From: a virus
Taxonomy: Duplodnaviria > Caudoviricetes
Direction: 5' to 3' (one strand)
DNA length: 33,642 nucleotides
IMG/VR virus record: IMGVR_UViG_3300032303_002768
Coordinates: 1 to 33,642 of that record
Shown: in pieces, positions 17,915 to 25,154 of the stretch
Layout of the letters: each line of letters starts with the position of its first letter
Numbering within the stretch: position 1 is the first letter of the stretch
Program-made: the position numbers and the translations under genes
Notes under the pieces: generated by a model
Databases searched by the model: none
Told to the model about the DNA's origin: nothing
Seen by the model: only the letters and a program-made list of their open reading frames with translations

Positions 17915-18151
17915 ATGGATAACAACCAACAAAGCAAAGAGGGTGGAGTACAGCAACCTGCTGTAGCAACACCAGTTACAGAACAAGCAGGCCCACAAGC
18001 AAGCTTGGCTTCTGATTCAAGAACAGACCTAGGCGTTAATAACGCTGGTAATCTTAACATTGCAAGCCCTTTCACTGGGCGTGATGTTTCAATGACTACA
18101 CCACAAAATGCTGGAGGAAATATTACTTCAACAGAGGCGGGGTCCAAGTAA
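17915..18151 (+). CDS. Hypothetical low-complexity protein
   Basis: AGGTGG SD; TAATG-coupled to the next gene. Confidence 0.7.
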   Translation: MDNNQQSKEGGVQQPAVATPVTEQAGPQASLASDSRTDLGVNNAGNLNIASPFTGRDVSMTTPQNAGGNITSTEAGSK

Positions 18152-18813
18152 TGGAAACACAAACAAATAATAATCTTTCTGAAAATTCTAAAGTTATTAA
18201 ATTTATTGAAGAGGTAAAAGAAGCTTTTATTAAAGCAATTGGTACAAGTTCATCAATAGATCAAGAGCGAGACGAGAGATCAGTAGAGAATTACGTTAGA
18301 GGAAACACTAATACAAATGTTAATGCGGAACCTAGCGATTACACGATTGGAGGTAATTTAATGTCAAATAATACAACAGAACCAGATCCACAGGGAGATA
18401 TTGCTGTAACAAAGGTAATTGATCAAATGACACGTCCAGAGGGCGATGTATCAGTTTCAGATGCACCAAATAATCCAGCAATTGTTCCAGATCAAGCTAC
18501 AATTCCAAGCTCTGCTACTTCAGCAGTTGCTCCAACATCTGAAGAGATGGCAGAGCCAGTTGAAAAAGCTGCAACATGTAAGGAATGTGGTCAAACACTT
18601 CCAGTTGCAAAGTTAGATGAAATTGCAAAAGCTGAAACATGTGCAGATTGCGGTAAGCCTATGAATCTATGTAACTGCATGGGTAAGGCAGTAGATGCAG
18701 AAGAATCTGCAAAGCATGAAGCAGAAGAAACTTCAGCAGAAGAAGCAAAAGAAGAAATGAAAAAATCAATTGGTTCGCCAATATGGCAGGGTTCATTCCT
18801 ACCAATTAACTAA
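18151..18813 (+). CDS. Acidic protein with two CxxCG knuckles and C-terminal IWQGSFLP; possible nested start at 18361
   Basis: CKECG and CADCG; internal GGAGGT SD before in-frame ATG 18361. Confidence 0.7.
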   Translation: METQTNNNLSENSKVIKFIEEVKEAFIKAIGTSSSIDQERDERSVENYVRGNTNTNVNAEPSDYTIGGNLMSNNTTEPDPQGDIAVTKVIDQMTRPEGDVSVSDAPNNPAIVPDQATIPSSATSAVAPTSEEMAEPVEKAATCKECGQTLPVAKLDEIAKAETCADCGKPMNLCNCMGKAVDAEESAKHEAEETSAEEAKEEMKKSIGSPIWQGSFLPIN

Positions 18814-18833
18814 TCTATATATACGTATATATG

Positions 18834-18868
18834 TACACAAGGACGGTTTCCCCCGTCCTTGTGTATTT
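18834..18868 (+). terminator. Intrinsic terminator-like hairpin
   Basis: 13-bp stem TACACAAGGACGG/CCGTCCTTGTGTA followed by TTT. Confidence 0.65.
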
Positions 18869-18880
18869 AGAAAGGAAATT

Positions 18881-19249
18881 ATGAGGGTATTAATTTTTGG
18901 CAGTAAAAACTGGAAAGATTATAATGATTTAATCAGACAATTAACAGTTTTAATTGATGATCGTAAACATTTTTATCCAGATGACAAAGAGTATGTTTTT
19001 GTTCATACGGGTTTAAAGGGTGCAGAAAACATGGTTACTGAGTATATTGGAAAGACTGAAAAATTTTTAAAACAAAAAGGATATAAAATCAAAGAAGAAT
19101 TAATTAGAGATAAAACATTGTTTTCTGATATAAATTTAATTGAATCTTCGCCAGATTTTGCACTTGTTTTTGGTGATTCAGCAAGAAATAAGACTTGCAT
19201 TAGTCTGCTTGAATCATATAGCATTCCACATAGATATGTTCAAGAATAA
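18881..19249 (+). CDS. SLOG-superfamily (YspA/DUF2493-like) protein
   Basis: MRVLIFGSKNWKDY...VHTGLKGAE...PDFALVF; AAAGGA SD before ATG 18881. Confidence 0.6.
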   Translation: MRVLIFGSKNWKDYNDLIRQLTVLIDDRKHFYPDDKEYVFVHTGLKGAENMVTEYIGKTEKFLKQKGYKIKEELIRDKTLFSDINLIESSPDFALVFGDSARNKTCISLLESYSIPHRYVQE

Positions 19250-19251
19250 GC

Positions 19252-19309
19252 TTGACAAATGTAATGTTCAACTGGTACAATTAAATACAACTACTAACAA
19301 AGGAAAAAA
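19252..19309 (+). promoter_or_regulatory. Promoter plus 21-nt conserved leader (copy 1)
   Basis: TTGACA-N18-(TG)TACAAT, then AACTACTAACAAAGGAAAAAA (19289-19309). Confidence 0.7.
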
Positions 19310-19612
19310 TTGACAAACATAGAGCCTTTAGGCGGACTAATTCTTGTTAAAAAAAATGAAAAAGAAGACACATCTACAGCATCTGGATTAATTCTAACTG
19401 CAGATTCAAGAGATTCAGAATTAAATCGAGGGGTAATTATTAAGGTTGGCCCAGGAGAACGTGATCAAAATGGAACAACACATAAGATTCCATTAAATGA
19501 AGGACAAATTGTTATCTATGCAGATTCACATGCTACAGAAGTTATAGATAAAGATAGAAATACATATGAATTTATTAACTGGAGAAATTTGTTTGGAGTA
19601 GAAAATGATTAA
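19310..19612 (+). CDS. groES: Co-chaperonin GroES (Cpn10)
   Basis: IEPLGGLILV, TASGLIL mobile loop, VGPG; TTG start. Confidence 0.88.
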   Translation: MTNIEPLGGLILVKKNEKEDTSTASGLILTADSRDSELNRGVIIKVGPGERDQNGTTHKIPLNEGQIVIYADSHATEVIDKDRNTYEFINWRNLFGVEND

Positions 19613-19829
19613 ATTAAATTATAAAGAAGCACATAATTTTGTTGAAAAAAATAAAAATCAAGGATTTTATTGGGACGGATGGACTTTAATTAAGTTCACC
19701 CCTCATAGCGGTGCATATACTGATGCAAAAGGTATTTACAAAAACAATAAATGGGGATACGCTAATCGTTATCAATTAAAGTCAGACGGTTTTTGGGAAA
19801 TAAGCGACAAATATGCCAAGCTTATTTAA
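19605..19829 (+). CDS. Hypothetical protein (Trp/Gly-rich)
   Basis: Overlap-coupled ORF with WDGWT motif. Confidence 0.7.
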   Translation: MIKLNYKEAHNFVEKNKNQGFYWDGWTLIKFTPHSGAYTDAKGIYKNNKWGYANRYQLKSDGFWEISDKYAKLI

Positions 19830-20151
19830 TCAAATAGGATTAGATGAAGAAGATGTAAAATGGTATCATCTTGCTGCATGTAAAGGGATGACTACAAACC
19901 CTAAATACGATTGGTTTTATGATTTATATGAAACAGACAAAATTGTATCACAACAAGTTGATCAAATTTGTCTTAGTTGTCCAGTTATAAAACAATGTTA
20001 TGCAGAAGGTGTTGCAGGAAAAGAAAAGGGAGTATGGGGTGGTATTTATATGGATCTTGGTAGGCCAGATAAACAACACAATTCACACAAAAGCCCTGAA
20101 ATTTGGAAAGAACTAAAAAAAATTCATGGCAAAAATAAAATACAGCGTTGA
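19813..20151 (+). CDS. whiB: WhiB-family Fe-S transcription factor
   Basis: W...AAC...F...CLSCPVIKQC...GVWGG. Confidence 0.9.
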   Translation: MPSLFNQIGLDEEDVKWYHLAACKGMTTNPKYDWFYDLYETDKIVSQQVDQICLSCPVIKQCYAEGVAGKEKGVWGGIYMDLGRPDKQHNSHKSPEIWKELKKIHGKNKIQR

Positions 20152-20377
20152 AATGGCTAAGAAAGTTCGGGAAATAAAAGTTCCCGTAAAAGGTCTAAAA
20201 TTAAATATAATTGCTAGACCAAATTATCTTGCTTTAACGGTGTATGAAGAAAATGTTATGGAATACAATGAATCACAAAGAATGCAGTTAATGGAATATC
20301 TTTTAATGGTAAGAAGCTTAATACAGTCTTATGGTTCTCCATGTGAAATAGAAGGAGTTGCATCTAATGTCAAATGA
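20126..20377 (+). CDS. Hypothetical protein
   Basis: ORF within a tightly packed operon. Confidence 0.65.
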   Translation: MAKIKYSVEMAKKVREIKVPVKGLKLNIIARPNYLALTVYEENVMEYNESQRMQLMEYLLMVRSLIQSYGSPCEIEGVASNVK

Positions 20378-20570
20378 TGAAGGCACAATAACTTACGTAT
20401 ATCTTCCAGATGATGGGATATACGGAATCATAGTAAGGCATGGTGCTTGGTCATCTTTAGTAGAGTACTATGATGGCGGATTTAAATATACAGTAGAAGT
20501 GCCTAACGACGAATTTATTGCTGTAGATGAAATAGGGGTAGGCTATTATGATGAAGAGGAAGATATTTAA
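20367..20570 (+). CDS. Hypothetical acidic protein
   Basis: AAGGAG SD favours ATG 20367. Confidence 0.65.
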   Translation: MSNDEGTITYVYLPDDGIYGIIVRHGAWSSLVEYYDGGFKYTVEVPNDEFIAVDEIGVGYYDEEEDI

Positions 20571-20800
20571 TGTTGTGTTTTTCATGCAATAAACAAAAAG
20601 AACAATTACACCCGTTTAAATCAGAACTTATTTCTGGTATACAATTATTTATGTGTCAATCATGTATTGATTTAAAATACGAGCCAAGATGGGTTATTAT
20701 TTTGGCAGGCAGGCAAAATGGACCAGAATACGTTAAAGATTTTATAGTTAAAAATAGATATGTAGGTAACAAAATATTTGCGGAGGAATTAATTGCTTAA
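20570..20800 (+). CDS. Small Zn-finger protein
   Basis: CFSC...CQSC; TAATG coupling. Confidence 0.7.
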   Translation: MLCFSCNKQKEQLHPFKSELISGIQLFMCQSCIDLKYEPRWVIILAGRQNGPEYVKDFIVKNRYVGNKIFAEELIA

Positions 20801-21089
20801 AATCACAGATAATGCTAAAGAATTTCAACAAGAAGATGAATGCGTAGTTTATTTTACTGGTGAATGGTGTAATCCATGCAAGCAATTAAAACCACATTAT
20901 GGTAGGGTTTCAGTAATGGATCCAGATACTAACTACTACCTTGTTGATGTTGACAAAGTAGGTTCAAGTATAGTAGAATATTATGGTGTTAAAAGCATCC
21001 CGCAAATTTTTTTAATGCAAAAAGGAAAAATTATTGACACAATTGAGTCCAGAACATCCGAAGCTATTTTAGAAGAATTGGGTAAATAA
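20793..21089 (+). CDS. Thioredoxin
   Basis: FTGEWCNPCK, VDVD, GVKSIP (cis-Pro motif); GGAGG SD with TTG start. Confidence 0.88.
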   Translation: MLKITDNAKEFQQEDECVVYFTGEWCNPCKQLKPHYGRVSVMDPDTNYYLVDVDKVGSSIVEYYGVKSIPQIFLMQKGKIIDTIESRTSEAILEELGK

Positions 21090-21090
21090 A

Positions 21091-21636
21091 ATGACAACAA
21101 TTGTTGCTGTTGCTAAAAATGGTACTGTAACTATGGGAGCTGATTCACAAGTTACAGATCAATCAAGACCAAACCGACATGCTAAAATGGAAAAAATTAC
21201 TAAGAACAATGGTTGGTTAATTGCTGGTAGTGGAGATGCTACGCCATGCGATATTCTGCAACACATTTTTATTCCACCAGTTCCAACTCTTAAAGAAAGA
21301 GATAATCTTTATAAATTTATGATTACAAAATTTATTCCAGCAATGCGTGAATGTTTATCTGACAATGATTGGAAGCCTGACCAAAATGATAAAGAGTCTG
21401 GATTTAATATGTTGTTTGCATTTGACGGAGAAGTATTTGACATAGGAAATGACTTTAGTGTAATGTTAAATAGTGATGGAATACATGGCGTTGGGAATGG
21501 TTCAGAGTATGCAATTGGCGCTCTTTATGCAGGAGCAAGTGTTGAAAAAGCTTTAGAAATTGCTTCAATTAACGACATCTATACTTCTGGCCCTTATCAA
21601 ATTGTAAAACAACAAAAAACAACTAAAACAAAATAA
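21091..21636 (+). CDS. HslV/proteasome-beta-like Ntn threonine protease
   Basis: MTTIVAV..MGADSQ..K..AGSG..GNGSEYAIGAL..D. Confidence 0.8.
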   Translation: MTTIVAVAKNGTVTMGADSQVTDQSRPNRHAKMEKITKNNGWLIAGSGDATPCDILQHIFIPPVPTLKERDNLYKFMITKFIPAMRECLSDNDWKPDQNDKESGFNMLFAFDGEVFDIGNDFSVMLNSDGIHGVGNGSEYAIGALYAGASVEKALEIASINDIYTSGPYQIVKQQKTTKTK

Positions 21637-21692
21637 AATTGGTTGCATAAGCAATCATTATCCTGTACAGGGATACAAACTATAGGAGAAAA

Positions 21693-22697
21693 ATGAACAA
21701 GTTCAAAAAAATCAGTGCAGTACTTGCTACAGTTGTAGCAGTAGGTGCACTTTCAACAATCTCCGCTTCAGCAGCAGTATCAACTGCTCTTACAGTGGGA
21801 GGATCATCAGTATCAACAGGTACTGTTTCATCAAACCCTGCGGTACTTCCAGTACCAGCGGACAATTCAGTAGATTCAGCAGATGCACTTAAGATTGCAC
21901 TTACTGGTCTAGATACAGGTACAGTTGTTTCAGCAACTGCATCAAACGCAACAATTGTTCCAGCACTTGCAACAGTGTCAGCACCAGTTACTGCATCAGC
22001 GGGATCTGCGTCACTTTCAATTAGCACAGGCACAGGAACAACAGCAGACTTTTACGTCTACACAAAGACAACAACTGTTGGTACGGTTGTAGTTACAGTT
22101 GGTGGAAACACAACAACATACTATGTTAAGGGTTCAGCAGGACCTGCATACAATCTTTCAGTTGTAGGCGGAGATTCAGCATCAATCTCAACAGTATCAA
22201 AGGTATATGCAAAGACAACAGATATCTTTGGTAATCCAGTTGTTACAACAACTCCAACAGTTTCAGCAATTAACGCAACAGTTGGTTCTGTATCAGTTTC
22301 TGATACAGCAACAGGTACATTTGTGTTTGACTTTACAGCACCAGCATTAACTGGCACAGCAGCATTTTCTGTAAACATTACAGCAACAGATGTTGCAACA
22401 CTTGCACCAGCAGTTAAGACTGTTACAAAGTTTGCGTCAATCACAAACCCTGCAGATACACTTGCATCACTTAATGCACAGCTTGCAGCAGCAAAGGCAG
22501 AACTTGCAGCAGAAAAGACTGGACGTGCAGCAGACAAAGCAGCAGCAGACTCAGCAGCAGCAAAGGCAGCAACAGATGCAGCAGCATCAAAAGCAGCAGC
22601 AGATCTTGCATTAGCAGCTTACAAGGCAGAATACAATGCTCTTGCTAAGAAATGGAATGCTAAGAATCCAAAGGCTAGGGTTGCACTAAAGAAGTAA
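21693..22697 (+). CDS. Secreted surface-type protein (signal peptide, Ala/Thr/Val beta-rich body, C-terminal coiled coil)
   Basis: MNKFKK-hydrophobic-ASA signal peptide; AGGAG SD; own terminator. Confidence 0.7.
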   Translation: MNKFKKISAVLATVVAVGALSTISASAAVSTALTVGGSSVSTGTVSSNPAVLPVPADNSVDSADALKIALTGLDTGTVVSATASNATIVPALATVSAPVTASAGSASLSISTGTGTTADFYVYTKTTTVGTVVVTVGGNTTTYYVKGSAGPAYNLSVVGGDSASISTVSKVYAKTTDIFGNPVVTTTPTVSAINATVGSVSVSDTATGTFVFDFTAPALTGTAAFSVNITATDVATLAPAVKTVTKFASITNPADTLASLNAQLAAAKAELAAEKTGRAADKAAADSAAAKAATDAAASKAAADLALAAYKAEYNALAKKWNAKNPKARVALKK

Positions 22698-22707
22698 ATT
22701 AAAACAT

Positions 22708-22737
22708 AAGGGGCGGGAATAATATTCCCGCCCTTTT
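22708..22737 (+). terminator. Rho-independent terminator
   Basis: GGGCGGGAAT-AAT-ATTCCCGCCC-TTTT. Confidence 0.85.
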
Positions 22738-22777
22738 GTGGTATAATAAATTAATAATCTTGGGAAAGAAGGATAAG

Positions 22778-23386
22778 ATGGCAATAAAAGGAAGTTTAGA
22801 GGCAATCATTGAGGTTGCAAAGAAAGAAATTGGAACTATTGAGGGTCCAAAAGATAACGAAACAAAGTATGGTAAATGGACAGGTGCAAACTTTCAACCT
22901 TGGTGCCAATCATTTGTATCTTGGTGTGCATTTACTGCAGGAGTAACAAAGTTTCCAAAGTCTGCATCAACAATAGCAGCATCAGATCAATTTAAAAAGG
23001 AAAACCGTTGGTCAGATGCTCGTAATGATGATCCAACTCCAGGAGACTGGATTTATTTTGATTTTCCAGATGATGGCGTAAATCGTATTTCACATGTTGG
23101 TCTTTGTATTAAGAACAATGGGGATGGAACAATTCAAGTTATTGAAGGAAACACATCTGGAACTGCTAAGGGAGATCAAAGAAATGGCGGAATGTGCGTA
23201 GAAAAAACTCGTGCATATGTAAAAAACAATAAGCCTAAGTTAATGAATGCTATTGTTGGTTGGGGAAGACCAGTGTATGCTGGAGAAGAAAATGCTCCAC
23301 TTCTAAATAAATTAACAACAGTCTCAGCAGAAAAAGTTGTAGCAAAAACACCAGCAACAAAACTTACAGAAAAGAAAACTAAATAA
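22778..23386 (+). CDS. CHAP-domain cell-wall hydrolase (putative endolysin)
   Basis: PWCQSFVSW, PGDWIYF, SHVGL, IEGNT; AAGGA SD before ATG 22778; TG-TATAAT at 22739-22747. Confidence 0.85.
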   Translation: MAIKGSLEAIIEVAKKEIGTIEGPKDNETKYGKWTGANFQPWCQSFVSWCAFTAGVTKFPKSASTIAASDQFKKENRWSDARNDDPTPGDWIYFDFPDDGVNRISHVGLCIKNNGDGTIQVIEGNTSGTAKGDQRNGGMCVEKTRAYVKNNKPKLMNAIVGWGRPVYAGEENAPLLNKLTTVSAEKVVAKTPATKLTEKKTK

Positions 23387-23793
23387 TGTTTGAATATTAT
23401 GTTAAAAAAGTTACCAAAATTGTAGATGGTGACACAATTGATGTAGATATTGATTTAGGATTTGACATATCTTTTAGTTCAAGAGTAAGACTTGCTGGCA
23501 TAGATACTCCAGAATCTAGAACTTCTGACAAAATGGAAAAGGCTTTAGGTCTTGAGGCTAAGGCATATCTTAAACATGAAATAGAAGCAGCTAAATCTGT
23601 TGTAATAAAGACAGAAAAAATGGACTCATCTGAAAAGTATGGTCGTATTTTAGGCTGGGTATTTCTTGATGGAGCAACTGTATCTTTAAATGAAAAGATG
23701 ATTGCAGATGGATACGCTTGGGGTTATATGGGAGAAACAAAAATTAAAGATTTTGAAGCTTTAGCAAAAGCAAGAAAAAAAAGTGGTAAATAA
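23386..23793 (+). CDS. Thermonuclease (SNase-like)
   Basis: VDGDTID, RLAGIDTPE, KYGRILG. Confidence 0.9.
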   Translation: MFEYYVKKVTKIVDGDTIDVDIDLGFDISFSSRVRLAGIDTPESRTSDKMEKALGLEAKAYLKHEIEAAKSVVIKTEKMDSSEKYGRILGWVFLDGATVSLNEKMIADGYAWGYMGETKIKDFEALAKARKKSGK

Positions 23794-23795
23794 AA

Positions 23796-24017
23796 ATGTC
23801 ATCAGTGCCTCTATCGTTAGTTCAACTTGAAGAAATTGTAGAAATAGTTTCAAGAGATTTATTAGAAAGTTGGGCAATCAATGATCGTTTTGCAGAAGAT
23901 GAAATTGAAAAAGCTACAAACAATGCAGTAGAAGATACTGTTCTTGTTATAAATAATTTTATGTCTTTATTTAATGAAATTGCTTTAACAACTGCACAAG
24001 AATCTAAAATTATTTAA
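23796..24017 (+). CDS. Hypothetical protein
   Basis: 73-aa ORF in operon. Confidence 0.65.
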   Translation: MSSVPLSLVQLEEIVEIVSRDLLESWAINDRFAEDEIEKATNNAVEDTVLVINNFMSLFNEIALTTAQESKII

Positions 24018-24051
24018 ATTAATATAAATACAATGGTATAATTAATTTACC

Positions 24052-24408
24052 ATGAAAGATTTTTTTTATAACATAAATAAAAGGCTAGAAGAGTTTTCTG
24101 ATTTAGTTGCAGAGAAAGCTTCTAGTCCTATCTTTTTAATATGTCATATTGTTTTTTGGGCAGCATGGATTTTGCTTAAAATAGAGCCATTTCCATACGG
24201 CTTACTTACTTTAATAGTATCGCTAGAGTCCATCATTTTGGCTGGACTTTTATTATCTTCGGGAAGTCGGGAAGGCGAACAAGAAAAAAAGATCGCTAGA
24301 AAAGACTTGCGAATCAGTACTGAAACTAATATAATGGTTGAAGAAATAAGGGATATCATGAATGATATTCAAGAAGATATTAGGGATATAAAGGACTTGG
24401 AGGAATAA
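24052..24408 (+). CDS. DUF1003-like two-TM membrane protein
   Basis: F...H..FW..WI....PFPYGLLTLIVSLESI. Confidence 0.75.
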   Translation: MKDFFYNINKRLEEFSDLVAEKASSPIFLICHIVFWAAWILLKIEPFPYGLLTLIVSLESIILAGLLLSSGSREGEQEKKIARKDLRISTETNIMVEEIRDIMNDIQEDIRDIKDLEE

Positions 24409-24503
24409 TGCCAACTCTGGAAATTGTTAACACAATATTGCTTTTGGTTAACACCACTGCAATTGTTGTAATGTCATTAACATGTTGTTACAAAAATAAA
24501 TAA
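24408..24503 (+). CDS. 31-aa hydrophobic peptide
   Basis: MPTLEIVNTILLLVNTTAIVVMSLTCCYKNK; GGAGG SD and TAATG coupling. Confidence 0.55.
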   Translation: MPTLEIVNTILLLVNTTAIVVMSLTCCYKNK

Positions 24504-24513
24504 TTTTTTAAAA

Positions 24514-24551
24514 ATAAAAAGGCTATAGTTAATTAACTATAGCCTTTTTAT
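24514..24551. terminator. Bidirectional terminator / perfect 38-bp palindrome
   Basis: ATAAAAAGGCTATAGTTAA|TTAACTATAGCCTTTTTAT between convergent genes. Confidence 0.75.
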
Positions 24552-24559
24552 ATATATAA

Positions 24560-24856
24560 TTACTTTTTTGCTTTTGCTCTACGTTGTTCAACTTCAATAT
24601 CTGCAACAGAAGGTGCTGCTGCATCAATTGTTGAAAATGCAGAATTAATTTCATCTGCTGTAAGTTTGCCATCATCCATAAATGAACGAGCTAATTTTTC
24701 AACAACTGCAGCAACTGCTGTAAGTCCTGCCACTGTTATTGCTTTTGCTGTTGAAATTCCAGCTATTGCTCCTGCTCCTATAACTGCTAAACCATTTGCA
24801 GCAAAAACTGCAATGATACGCATAAAGATATTTTTAATGTTTTTTACATTTTCCAT
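24560..24856 (-). CDS. Small membrane protein (holin-like, two hydrophobic segments)
   Basis: GGAGG SD favours ATG 24856; FMDDGKLT..EIN motif; basic C-terminus. Confidence 0.6.
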   Translation of the reverse strand: MENVKNIKNIFMRIIAVFAANGLAVIGAGAIAGISTAKAITVAGLTAVAAVVEKLARSFMDDGKLTADEINSAFSTIDAAAPSVADIEVEQRRAKAKK

Positions 24857-24858
24857 TT

Positions 24859-24972
24859 TTAGTTCCTCCAATCATCATATTTACAAATTATTTCTGCAAT
24901 TGCATATGAAAATGCATATATGGTTAAATATGCTGCAATTACCATTAATCCTAGCTTTAATGTTCCGTTCAT
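24859..24972 (-). CDS. 37-aa single-TM peptide (absent from ORF track)
   Basis: MNGTLKLGLMVIAAYLTIYAFSYAIAEIICKYDDWRN; TAATG-coupled and fills the gap exactly. Confidence 0.6.
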   Translation of the reverse strand: MNGTLKLGLMVIAAYLTIYAFSYAIAEIICKYDDWRN

Positions 24973-25154
24973 TATTCTTCCTCTCTATGTCTAATTGGAC
25001 TGGTCAATATCCAAACAATTGTTGTAAATATAATTCCGTATCCGACAACAACTTTTGCACTACCATCCAAAACTACCCAGGCAATAAACATACCAAGAAG
25101 GGTCCATGCCTGATCAATTAAGTCATTGATTACATTTTTAATTAGTCTTACCAT
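24972..25154 (-). CDS. Small two-TM membrane protein
   Basis: QAWTLLGMFIAWVVLDGSAK..VGYGI; overlaps the stop of the 800-aa gene. Confidence 0.7.
   Translation of the reverse strand: MVRLIKNVINDLIDQAWTLLGMFIAWVVLDGSAKVVVGYGIIFTTIVWILTSPIRHREEE

Noticed and set aside
18817-18832. 16-bp palindrome ATATATACGTATATAT as an operator
   Set aside because: Mostly AT dinucleotide repeat, likely by chance in this composition; no second copy seen
21680-22614. Alternative ORFs 21680..22033(-), 22121..22537(-) and 22390..22614(+)
   Set aside because: Shadows of the biased GCA/ACA codon usage of the 21693..22697 gene
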